From Vulcanimicrobiota bacterium (lineage in GTDB: Bacteria; Vulcanimicrobiota; Xenobia; Xenobiales; JADMJV01), in assembly GCA_023447635.1 (NCBI GenBank), contig JAEXNA010000221.1, positions 4,063 through 68,062 of the forward strand: a DNA stretch of 64,000 bases, given 5' to 3'. The notes below the pieces were generated by a model. That model was not told where the DNA came from, ran no database searches, and worked only from the letters and a program-made list of their open reading frames with translations. A program made the position numbers and the translations under genes. This document shows positions 56,150-64,000 of this stretch, in pieces. The first letter of the stretch is position 1. Each line of letters opens with the position of its first letter.

Positions 56150-57934
56150 TCACGCCTGCGCCCCCGTCGCCGCCCTCGGCAGCGGAAACAGCATCGCCGC
56201 CGCCAGCCGACGCGGCTCTAACCCGTCCAGCCCGTCGGCCTCGAGCTTGTCTCCGCGCCCAGCCAAATCGGCCTCGACCAGCTTCAAAGCGAGCTCCCCC
56301 TCGCCGCGACAGAGCGCCTCGACCACCGGCAACGGGGCCGGTCGCCGGTCTCGGCGCCTGTTTCCAAAGGCCGCCTTCAGCTTACGATAGCTCGCCGGCA
56401 AGAAGGCAAACTGGGGCGGAGGCGGCGCTGGCGACGCCGCCTGGTCGACAACCAGACACAGGGCGTGCAGCAGATCCTCCATCCGCCCTTCGTCCACCTC
56501 GCCCCGCAGAAAGGCCAGCAGATGCTCGGGCTTAGCTGTGTGACAGCCCCAGAACGGGTCGTTGAAAAGCACGATCCCCGCCCGGTTCGGTCGGCGGGGC
56601 ACCTTCCCGCTGCTCCACATCCGATAGCGCAACAGCCGCACCATCTTTTCGCACAGGTCGCGCCCCTGAAAACTCTCCATCTGCGGCCTCAGCCACAGCG
56701 CTCTGTGCAGCCGCGTTCCTAGCGAGGCCAGCGAGAGCGCCAGGTCGAATTCGGCGTTCCCGTCCCGCGGCTCGACCCCCCAGCGAGAACTCAACCCCGG
56801 AGCCTCCGTCGCATGAAGCCTGAGCTTCCCGATCTCTTCCAGCACTCGGCTGCCCGAAGGCCCAGACCCCCAGGACTCTGCTGTCCGTAGCCAGCGAAAA
56901 AACTCCACCCGCTCATCCTCTAGCCAGCCTCCCAGCCGCCCCAGGTCGAACTGCGACTCGGCGGTCACCGAAGCGAGCGCCAGCGTCAGGTCGCCGTGCC
57001 TCACGGCCAGGGCAAAACGTTGATGACCCGCCCCCTGTCCAGCTTCCGCGAACGTCTTGGGCTCACTCCACAGCGGAACCACCACGTCGTACTTCGCCTC
57101 TCCGGGCAGCAGAGCGTTCCGATGCCCTTCCAGGCTAGAACGAACCCGAGGCAGGCCCGACACCAAACCCTCCATGGCCAGCACTAGACCCCAGGGGTTA
57201 GAACGCGCCATCACCTTCCCGTCGTCAGCCCCGGCATAAGAGCTCGCCGCTCGAGGATCGAAAAAGCCTTGCACAGCGTCTCTCATCTGGTCCGTCTCTT
57301 CCTCGAAAAGGGCGGCTCTCAGCAGCTCGGCGGCCCGTCTTTCTGGACGTCGCTCGGCCAGCAGCAGCCATCGCAGCGACTCCATGAAGATGGAGGAAAA
57401 CTCCATTTTCCCGTCCATCCCGCCGGCCAGCGCCAGAGGAGAGAACAGGACCTCGCCATCCATCTCGTCGGCCACGGTGGCCAGCCACGGGTCGTGGGGC
57501 CATTGCTCCAGCAGGCGCCGGACCAGGTCTCTCTTCTCCCACCCCTCCGGCTTCTCGTCCACCACCGCCTGGGCCAGGGCGAACCGCTGCCGGTAGGGCT
57601 CGAAACGCAGCTCTTCACTCGCCTCGATAGCGTAACGAGGATGCTCCACCAGCCGCCGCTGAAACCCGCTGGTCTTGTTCCACGGACTGACGATCGGCGT
57701 CGGCACATACTCCTCGACCAGAAAGCGCACCAACGCCTGTTGGTCCAGCGTCGAGCTCAACCAGAAATGCCTGTTCCGCCACCAGCCCCGCGCCTCCGGG
57801 TCTCGCTGCTCCGCCACCAGCCGCAACAGCCCCAGCCCGCCCAGAGCACAGGCATAAGGCTCGACCCGCAGCCCGACCAGCGCTATTTTAGCCGGCTCAG
57901 AGAGCACCAATCCCCCCTCGCCAGCCGCGCCCAC
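56150..57934 (-). CDS. csx17: type I-G (I-U) CRISPR-associated large subunit Csx17/Cas8u-like
   Basis: N-terminal ...LGGLGLLRLVAEQRDPEARGWW...VEEYVPTPIVSPWNKTSGF recalled as Csx17 N-terminal signature; ~590 aa; flanked by repeats. Confidence 0.55.
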   Translation of the reverse strand: MGAAGEGGLVLSEPAKIALVGLRVEPYACALGGLGLLRLVAEQRDPEARGWWRNRHFWLSSTLDQQALVRFLVEEYVPTPIVSPWNKTSGFQRRLVEHPRYAIEASEELRFEPYRQRFALAQAVVDEKPEGWEKRDLVRRLLEQWPHDPWLATVADEMDGEVLFSPLALAGGMDGKMEFSSIFMESLRWLLLAERRPERRAAELLRAALFEEETDQMRDAVQGFFDPRAASSYAGADDGKVMARSNPWGLVLAMEGLVSGLPRVRSSLEGHRNALLPGEAKYDVVVPLWSEPKTFAEAGQGAGHQRFALAVRHGDLTLALASVTAESQFDLGRLGGWLEDERVEFFRWLRTAESWGSGPSGSRVLEEIGKLRLHATEAPGLSSRWGVEPRDGNAEFDLALSLASLGTRLHRALWLRPQMESFQGRDLCEKMVRLLRYRMWSSGKVPRRPNRAGIVLFNDPFWGCHTAKPEHLLAFLRGEVDEGRMEDLLHALCLVVDQAASPAPPPPQFAFLPASYRKLKAAFGNRRRDRRPAPLPVVEALCRGEGELALKLVEADLAGRGDKLEADGLDGLEPRRLAAAMLFPLPRAATGAQA

Positions 57935-57940
57935 ACCAAA

Positions 57941-58039
57941 GTTTCAACGCGATCACCTGCAACGTTGCACCCACTCCAGCTGCAACACCCACCCAACCCA
58001 AAGTTTCAACGGGATCACCTGCAACGTTACACCCATTCC
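57941..58039 (-). CRISPR. CRISPR-like mini-array B: 2 x 37-bp repeats with one 25-nt pseudo-spacer
   Basis: Repeats 57941-57977 and 58003-58039 (variants ...CAACGTTGCACCCACTCC / ...CAACGGGATC...); spacer agctgcaacacccacccaacccaaa resembles the repeat core (CTGCAAC...ACCCAC). Confidence 0.5.
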
Positions 58040-58099
58040 GGCTGCAACACCCACTTCCGGTAGCTCCCGCAGCGAGCGCAAGACCTTCCCGGCCGGACA

Positions 58100-58966
58100 T
58101 TATACGGTGCCTAGCCGTGGCAATAGAGAGGTGAAAAAACCTGGCGACCACATCGCCGTCGCATCCAGGTCTTTTAAGAACGGCACCACGTCCTCCCGAG
58201 CCGCGTCGACATTGAGACTTTCGAACCGCTCTGCCAGAGCTGCCTTCAGGTCGTTCTCGGACATCGTCTCTTTACTGGTCCACCAACCCGATTGCCTTAA
58301 TCGCATCTCGAGGTGAGACAGATGACACGGGACACCTCGACCCACGTACCAGACGAAATCGAAGTAATCTCTCCCTTTCACTCGTGTCTTCCAGCCTCGA
58401 TGAAGAATGGCGTGCAGTTTCCCGGCAAAAAGGTCGGGCAGTCGATAGGTCAGCACGCCGAAGGGAAGTGGCTGCAGCAGAGTTTTGACCTCTGTCTCAA
58501 AGCCTGGCGGTGGGTCCGAGTCGACCTCGACCTTGACGGTCATTACGCGGGTCCGTGGAACTCGCCTGGCGATCTCGGGAGGAATGGCGATTTTGACGAG
58601 ATGTGTCAAAGTGCCCGCTTTGATAAAGGCGGACTCGATCGGTGTCGCAACCTTCTTGGACTTCATCTCGACAGAAACCTCGAAGCCGAAGGAGCTAAGC
58701 TCCTCGGCAATAGCCTTGAGATAGGCCGCTAATTTGAAATCCTGATCGGCTTGAAGCAATGAGAAGTCGAGATCCTCAGAGAAGCGCTGAAGACCGTAAA
58801 GGATGCGAAGAGCGCTTCCGCCGTAGAAAGCGGCGTGCTCGAAGAACTTCGCTCGCCAGAGAGCCAGCAAGGCCATCTCCTGGATAATCTCCTTAAGCGC
58901 ATTTTCGTGGTCCTGAGCCGTGCGGCAGTTATAGGTCGACAGCATCTGCAGTATCGCGGGGTTCAT
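58100..58966 (-). CDS. abiEii: AbiEii/AbiGii-family nucleotidyltransferase toxin (type IV TA)
   Basis: ALKEIIQEMALLALWRAKFFEHAAFYGGSALRILYGLQRFSEDLDFSL: canonical DUF1814/AbiEii N-terminus. Confidence 0.8.
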   Translation of the reverse strand: MNPAILQMLSTYNCRTAQDHENALKEIIQEMALLALWRAKFFEHAAFYGGSALRILYGLQRFSEDLDFSLLQADQDFKLAAYLKAIAEELSSFGFEVSVEMKSKKVATPIESAFIKAGTLTHLVKIAIPPEIARRVPRTRVMTVKVEVDSDPPPGFETEVKTLLQPLPFGVLTYRLPDLFAGKLHAILHRGWKTRVKGRDYFDFVWYVGRGVPCHLSHLEMRLRQSGWWTSKETMSENDLKAALAERFESLNVDAAREDVVPFLKDLDATAMWSPGFFTSLLPRLGTV

Positions 58967-59595
58967 AGCGCCAACCTCAAGACATCCAATCGAGCGTCCT
59001 TATAAGCCGCCACAAGCTTTGATAACATCTTCTTGCTGAGACCTTTCCATTGCTCTGGCTCCATCCTCAGGTCGTCAGATAGGAACTGGTGCACCGAGCG
59101 TCGGTCCGTCAGCGTGATCGCGGGACGAAGGACAATGTAGTCGCACAAAGCTTTCTCGGGCGTGGCCATTAGCACAGGATGACGTGGGTCGAGCATCACC
59201 CTGTCGACTCCGTGGGGATATCGGGTGGGGGACAGGTAACGGTAGCGAAAACGGCCCACCGGGGTCGAAAAAAGCTTGTTCCTCTTCGGCGTAACGCTCG
59301 TCAACTCTACCACGCGCTCCGGAATGAGGCCGTAATAGCTCAAGGCGTATTCCAGAGACAAGCAGGATGGACCATAGATCAGGTTGGCTAGCACCTCCAG
59401 GCAAACCGGCTCTCGGTTTAGCATAGGCGGGAAGACGTACAGGCCTTTCTTGACCCGGGTGATCGTACCAGCCTTGATAAGCTCGTGAATCTTCTGTCGA
59501 GGCGCCTTGTGCCTCGATAAAGCGTGCCGCAGAGTCAAGTAGTCGAACTCCTCGCTCGGTATAGCTTGGCGTAAAGTCAATGCATCCGTTATCAC
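58963..59595 (-). CDS. abiEi: AbiEi-family antitoxin / transcriptional regulator
   Basis: 210 aa, N-terminal wHTH-like (LIKAGTITRVKKGLYVF); 4-nt overlap with abiEii, the typical operon arrangement. Confidence 0.7.
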   Translation of the reverse strand: MITDALTLRQAIPSEEFDYLTLRHALSRHKAPRQKIHELIKAGTITRVKKGLYVFPPMLNREPVCLEVLANLIYGPSCLSLEYALSYYGLIPERVVELTSVTPKRNKLFSTPVGRFRYRYLSPTRYPHGVDRVMLDPRHPVLMATPEKALCDYIVLRPAITLTDRRSVHQFLSDDLRMEPEQWKGLSKKMLSKLVAAYKDARLDVLRLAL

Positions 59596-59627
59596 ACTCT
59601 TATTCTAAGGGAAAACGAAAACCTGGA

Positions 59628-59658
59628 CCAGTATGTAAGATTTTTTCTAACATACTGG
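59628..59658 (-). promoter_or_regulatory. inverted repeat in abiEi upstream region (candidate AbiEi autoregulatory operator)
   Basis: CCAGTATGT-aagattttttcta-ACATACTGG, 33-63 nt upstream of the abiEi start. Confidence 0.3.
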
Positions 59659-59700
59659 TCACTCCCACCCCGACTGCACCACGAACCGACTCAGCCCAAA

Positions 59701-59737
59701 GTTTCAACGCGATCATCTGCAACATTGCACCCACTCC
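59701..59737 (-). CRISPR. single 37-bp CRISPR-like repeat C between abiE module and csb2
   Basis: GTTTCAACGCGATCATCTGCAACATTGCACCCACTCC (1 mismatch to consensus). Confidence 0.5.
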
Positions 59738-59745
59738 CCCCACAA

Positions 59746-61002
59746 CTAGCCCGGCTCCGGCACGAACCGGCCCATCCCAAAGTGACAGCTCGCCCCCAAA
59801 CACAGCGGACCCGAAATCTCATAAGGGAAACTCAGCCGAAGCCAGCTCGCCAGCCCTGGCGGCGCCTCCCCCTGCCCTCTCCGCACCTGGAACTTCCGCC
59901 CCTCGACCAACTCCACCTCAGGCTCCGGCAGCCCCCGCAGCAAGCACTCCCGGCGCACCTGGTCCTCCACCCCGTCCTTCCCCCGCCGGGGATGGCGCGA
60001 GCACAGAAACGGCGTCAGCGAGCGCCACACCCTTCCCCGCCCCAGCCCGCCGGGCGAGCTATCCGCGGGCTTCAGCTCCGTCCCGCCCACCCAACGCAAG
60101 GTCGACAGCAGCGCCAGGTCCGAAGGGCAGAACCCCTCCTCCGCCCACAGCAACAGCCGCGAAGGCCTGGACCGAGAGGCACAGCCGTCGGGCAGCACGT
60201 GCAGATGTCGATGCCCGTCCGCCCGCGCCTCCCCCTCCACCTTCCCCAGCAGTGTCGCCGAGACATCGCCCAACCCCAGCACCGCCCGCCGCACCTCGTG
60301 CGCCAGCGTCAAAGCCTCTTCCCAGCGCGGAACCTTCCCGCCCAGCCGATAGACCAAAAGCCTCGTACGCACGGGCTTCACCATCGTCACCGGCTCCGCC
60401 AACCAGCGATAGATCACCCAGCGCGAACCCGGAGGGCGATTGCGGCGCTCCTTGCGCATCTGCCCCGTCCCCAGCATCAACTGCTCGACCGTCACCGAAG
60501 GCAGCGGGCAGAACACGGCCGCGACCTCATCGCACTCCTCCCCTGCCGCCAGCGGACGCGCCTGCACTGAAAACTCTCCCGGCACCCGCCGCACCCGGGC
60601 CAGCGACTCTGACCGGCCAAAGTACGCCAGCCCCTCTAGCAGGCCGTCCAGCAAGCGCACCTCCTCCGAGCCCAGCTCGAGCTCCGGCCACAGGAACACT
60701 AGCGGCTCGTCCACCGCCACGAAGCTGTCCAGCCCCAGCTTCAGCTCATCCTCCACGGGCAGATAGCGACGCAGATGCCCCACCGTCGAAGGCGGCAGAT
60801 GAAAACAGGGCAGACTCTCGGCCAAGCGCAGGACCAGCTCCTCGAACCCGGCCGGCTCCCCTTGCAGCATCCAACTCGCGCACAGCGCCCGCAGCAGACG
60901 CCAGGGCGAAGGCGGCCACTCGACCTGACCCTCGTTGACGTGCCGACCCCAGGGCGTCGCGTGGTAGCGCCCCAGGGGGAGCCTAACCTCGATGGCCAGC
61001 AT
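59746..61002 (-). CDS. csb2: type I-G (I-U) Cas5/Cas6 fusion protein Csb2-like
   Basis: N-terminus MLAIEVRLPLGRYHATPWGRHVNEGQVEWPPSPWRLLRAL matches the recalled Csb2 signature (GRYHATPWG...EWPPSPWRL). Confidence 0.6.
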   Translation of the reverse strand: MLAIEVRLPLGRYHATPWGRHVNEGQVEWPPSPWRLLRALCASWMLQGEPAGFEELVLRLAESLPCFHLPPSTVGHLRRYLPVEDELKLGLDSFVAVDEPLVFLWPELELGSEEVRLLDGLLEGLAYFGRSESLARVRRVPGEFSVQARPLAAGEECDEVAAVFCPLPSVTVEQLMLGTGQMRKERRNRPPGSRWVIYRWLAEPVTMVKPVRTRLLVYRLGGKVPRWEEALTLAHEVRRAVLGLGDVSATLLGKVEGEARADGHRHLHVLPDGCASRSRPSRLLLWAEEGFCPSDLALLSTLRWVGGTELKPADSSPGGLGRGRVWRSLTPFLCSRHPRRGKDGVEDQVRRECLLRGLPEPEVELVEGRKFQVRRGQGEAPPGLASWLRLSFPYEISGPLCLGASCHFGMGRFVPEPG

Positions 61003-61004
61003 AG

Positions 61005-61883
61005 CTACATCTTCAGCACGGTGCGCTCGCCCAGTTCGCCCGTCTCTCGAAGGTGGCGAATGCTCCCACGCAGGCGCTCTTCGAGGGCCGGAAGGTCAGG
61101 CAAAGGTTCACTGGTCCCCACCACCTTCAGGTCGCAACCCGCGCGCAGGTGCAGCCCATCGCGTAGAAACCGCAGGACCTTCAGCACGGCCAGGTCGGTC
61201 AGCATCTGCTGGGCGGGGTTGGAGAAACCGTAGCGGCGCAGCCGATACAGGTCCAGATGAAAGTAGGCTGTGATCTGGTTGGAGACATACTCGCGCCGCC
61301 CATACAGGATCGCCCCTTTCCCCTCCTCGGCAGAGCCGCTCTCGTCGAGCGGGTCGAAACGAACGCCCTTGCTATCCACCGCGCTCACGTCGCGAGCGTC
61401 GATCGACGCCGTCAGCAGTCGGGGCAGCCCCGGAGCCGCCCGAAACGACGGCATAAACACCCCGTGCAGCACGCTGTTCGGATCAAGCCTCAACAGCGCG
61501 CCGGCCAGAGCGTTCCGCGCCTTCTGCCCCTTGAGCTTCCCGACCGCCTTCTCGAACGTCTTCACCAGCAGAGGGTACAGATAGGGACTCCCCGCCCGGG
61601 CCGGCTGGGTCACCGAGTCGACCAGCCCGTGCTCGGGATGCTCCAGAGCCAGGAACGGCAACTCCTCCAGCGGAGGCAGATAGCGATCGGCCGCCTCGTC
61701 CCACACCACCGCCTCCAACCGATTGGCCATCGAAGGCACGCTGTCGACGATCAGATTCGTCCGCCCCTCGGGGGAGAAATACTCCGCCGGCCCAACGTCA
61801 GCAAACCTCGCCGGCGCGAAGCGATCGCCCAACAAAGGCTGCAGAGCCACCTCCAACATCCAACGCGCAGGTCCAGCATCCAT
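61005..61883 (-). CDS. csb1: type I-G (I-U) Cas7-like Csb1
   Basis: N-terminus ...LQPLLGDRFAPARFADVGPAEY matches the recalled Csb1 pattern (L.PL.GDRFQPTGF.DLGPA.Y); directly upstream of csb2 with 4-nt overlap. Confidence 0.55.
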   Translation of the reverse strand: MDAGPARWMLEVALQPLLGDRFAPARFADVGPAEYFSPEGRTNLIVDSVPSMANRLEAVVWDEAADRYLPPLEELPFLALEHPEHGLVDSVTQPARAGSPYLYPLLVKTFEKAVGKLKGQKARNALAGALLRLDPNSVLHGVFMPSFRAAPGLPRLLTASIDARDVSAVDSKGVRFDPLDESGSAEEGKGAILYGRREYVSNQITAYFHLDLYRLRRYGFSNPAQQMLTDLAVLKVLRFLRDGLHLRAGCDLKVVGTSEPLPDLPALEERLRGSIRHLRETGELGERTVLKM

Positions 61884-61928
61884 CCCCGACCGTTCGCCCC
61901 CGACTCCTCGCGACCCCGCCGGGGAAGT

Positions 61929-63986
61929 CTAAGGAATCACCGCGTAAGCGGAAGCAGCCTCCTGCGTAGCGAGTTCCTCGACGAAGGTCAGCCTTCCTGA
62001 AGTCTCGCGCCGGTAGATTTTGATGCCCCTTCCTGCCCCATCCTGTCTCGTCGCGTAGTAGAACCGACCCGACGACTCGAGAACCCCCTCTTCGCCCGTA
62101 GTGCCCGTGAGTTCGTTATCGATCTGGGTCCCGCTGGTGCCGTCCGAGCTCAACTCGACGGCGAAGACACGAGCGAGACCGACGGTGTAGAGATATCGGA
62201 AGTCCGGACTGAAGTCTAACCTCTGCTGGTAGAATGAGGATATCGCCGCGCTGCCGTAGGGCGTCAGTTGCCCACCCGGGCCGATCGCCCACCATCGAAT
62301 CATCCTGTCGTCCGAAGCAATGGCGAAAAGCTGATCCAGTTTGGGATGAGCGCGTGGCGCCATAGCGCCGTTCAGGGTTATGCCACTCTCGTCACTGACT
62401 CGGCTCAATCGCCCCTCAGAATCGATAGCTAGAGTATGAAGCTTACTGTTCGTTCGGTCGGTGACAAACAAGAACCGGCCATCTCTAGAAACATCCAGGT
62501 CTCTCGGCCGTCCTCCCACATTGATAGGCCCCCTGCTTGGGTTGTTCGCGGTCAGACGACCGTTGGCTCCGATAATAAACGATCCTATTGTCGCGGTCTG
62601 GCTGTTGGCGACGAACAGATAGCGGCCCGTCGGGTCGATCGTCAGATGGTCGGGTAAGGTGTCAGATCTTATGCCTTGTTGCAGGTTGAGTGTTCCTCCC
62701 GGTTCGATCCGAAAAGTCACGATCCGATGAAGTATGGGGTCAGGAACGTAGATGTAACGCCCTGAGGGATGAACCGCGAGATCGTGGGGCGAATCTGCCG
62801 ACGCGTGCGACGTCAACAGAGTGAGTCGCCCGGTCCCATCATAGCTGTAAACCGTCAGGTCGCCACTTTGTCCTGACTGTGCCGGAGTCCGCGTGTCGCC
62901 AGCGAACAAGTAGGCGCCAGCGTAGAGAGTGGTCGAAGTGTTCATGGCGCCCAGCGCTGCCGAGACGGTAATCCTGCTGTTGTAGCCCGTTGGAGTATCC
63001 GTCGCCAGCCTCGCTACGCCGGGATCCTCTGCAAACCCGACCTTGGCGCTCGACGAACTCCAGCTCACCCTGTCAGTAAGGTCTACCTCCGAACCGTCGG
63101 TCTGGATCCCCATCGCCGTGTACTGTCGGAACGAGCCAGGCGCGGACATCGCATCCTGGGGCAGAATCTTCAGGCTCACCAGCCTCGCCGGCTCGACCAC
63201 TACAGCGACTTCTTGCGAGAACCCGCCGTAGGAAACCGTCACCGTGGCGTTCCCCTCGGCCACTCCCGTCAACACGCCACGAACACTTCCCGTAGTCGAA
63301 ACCGTAAGCACGCTGGTGTCTGACGAAAGGTAAGACGCCTCGTTGGTCACCTCCAGAATCGTGTCCGGCCCGTGCAGAGCGTAGACGGTAAGCTGCCCCG
63401 AGACACCCTTGGGAAACGACAACGTCACATCCGACGAAGGGGACAGCTCCAGCCCGGTCTGCGGCTCGATTCCCACCTCGACAGGCAGCACAACCATCCG
63501 TCCCTGGAACGTCCCCTGCACCGAAGTCGACCCCTCGGCCACACCCGTCACCTTGCCCAAAGCGTCGATCTCGGCGATCTCCGAATCCAGCGAAGTCCAG
63601 GTCACGTCGGATGTCACGTTATAGAAACTTCCATCGCTGTAAGCCGCCGTGGCAACCAGAGTCTGGCTGGTCCCCTTTGGCAGTTCCAGCTGCACCATAC
63701 CCACGGTCAGCCCGGTCACCGTCGCGTCCCCCACCCCAACCTCCACCGTGGTCTCCTGCCCTCCGAAGCTCACGGTGATCGTGGTGTTACCCGCCGCGAG
63801 GGCCCGAATCTGCCCACGCTCTCCCAGGGTGGTGACAGTGGCGACCGAGGGGGCGCTGGACTCGTAGAGCGCCTGGTCGGTCACCTCAAGCTCGGAATCA
63901 TCGCTATAGGTGGCCGTCACGACCAGGGAACGCCTCAGCCCTGGCAGCAGCCGCAGCTCGGTGACATCCACCGAGAGCTCCGTCAC
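61929..63986 (-). CDS. large secreted protein: N-terminal Big_2-like Ig domains plus C-terminal lactonase-type 7-bladed beta-propeller; may extend beyond window end
   Basis: Repeated ...SSDTSVLTVSTTGSVRGVLTGVAEGNATVTVSYGG... Ig-like units; C-terminal ...HDLAVHPSGRYIYVPD...IDPTGRYLFVANSQTATIGSF... (3-carboxymuconate cyclase / 6-phosphogluconolactonase-like). Confidence 0.45.
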   Translation of the reverse strand: MTELSVDVTELRLLPGLRRSLVVTATYSDDSELEVTDQALYESSAPSVATVTTLGERGQIRALAAGNTTITVSFGGQETTVEVGVGDATVTGLTVGMVQLELPKGTSQTLVATAAYSDGSFYNVTSDVTWTSLDSEIAEIDALGKVTGVAEGSTSVQGTFQGRMVVLPVEVGIEPQTGLELSPSSDVTLSFPKGVSGQLTVYALHGPDTILEVTNEASYLSSDTSVLTVSTTGSVRGVLTGVAEGNATVTVSYGGFSQEVAVVVEPARLVSLKILPQDAMSAPGSFRQYTAMGIQTDGSEVDLTDRVSWSSSSAKVGFAEDPGVARLATDTPTGYNSRITVSAALGAMNTSTTLYAGAYLFAGDTRTPAQSGQSGDLTVYSYDGTGRLTLLTSHASADSPHDLAVHPSGRYIYVPDPILHRIVTFRIEPGGTLNLQQGIRSDTLPDHLTIDPTGRYLFVANSQTATIGSFIIGANGRLTANNPSRGPINVGGRPRDLDVSRDGRFLFVTDRTNSKLHTLAIDSEGRLSRVSDESGITLNGAMAPRAHPKLDQLFAIASDDRMIRWWAIGPGGQLTPYGSAAISSFYQQRLDFSPDFRYLYTVGLARVFAVELSSDGTSGTQIDNELTGTTGEEGVLESSGRFYYATRQDGAGRGIKIYRRETSGRLTFVEELATQEAASAYAVIP

Positions 63987-64000
63987 AACCGCGTCGACGA

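Noticed and set aside
56150-61883. Presence of cas3 or cas1/cas2/cas4 among the ORFs of the CRISPR region
   Set aside because: No ORF in 53-64 kb shows helicase (GxGKT/DExH) or Cas1/Cas2/Cas4 signatures; the only other ORFs are abiE, Rpn, and an Ig/lactonase surface protein.

Overview
High-GC (~65-70%) bacterial chromosomal segment. Most of it is a large exopolysaccharide / cell-surface locus of the exosortase type, with two embedded lasso-type RiPP cassettes, a lower-GC glycosylation island, and at the 3' end a fragmentary CRISPR-Cas region.

Components of the exosortase-type EPS locus:
- An exosortase fused to a CPBP (CAAX-type) protease, i.e. XrtE-like architecture.
- Two VPEID-CTERM-type sorting-signal proteins about 50 kb apart.
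- An EpsD/SurA-like PPIase.
- Two O-antigen-ligase-TPR fusion paralogues.
- A BY-kinase plus Wzz/Wzc-like chain-length proteins.
- A Wza-like exporter.
- Many glycosyltransferases and nucleotide-sugar enzymes.

Embedded features:
- Two lasso-peptide-type RiPP cassettes (lasso B2-like protease, PqqD-like B1/RRE, HPr-kinase-related kinase, uncharacterised nucleotidyltransferase).
  - The second cassette also carries an AsnB-like lasso cyclase, an ABC exporter, a methyltransferase and a small ORF with a textbook lasso leader motif.
- A ~12.7 kb lower-GC island (~38.5-51.1 kb) carrying glycosyltransferases, a MsbA-like ABC exporter, a pyruvyl transferase, two UDP-sugar dehydrogenases and an acyltransferase-3/SGNH protein.

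The last ~11 kb holds an atypical, fragmentary type I-G (I-U)-like CRISPR-Cas region:
- Csb1/Cas7, Csb2/Cas5-6 and Csx17/Cas8u effector genes on the minus strand.
- No cas3, cas1, cas2 or cas4 in the window.
- Short 37-bp repeat units (GTTTCAACGCGATCACCTGCAACATTGCACCCACTCC) with 25-nt near-identical pseudo-spacers, scattered between the cas genes.
- An AbiEi/AbiEii toxin-antitoxin pair and a frameshifted Rpn/YhgA-like PD-(D/E)XK nuclease gene inserted among them.

Provenance: all calls come from reading the six-frame translations and the DNA directly; no database search was run. The ORF track treats GTG/TTG as Met starts, so several N-termini are uncertain.
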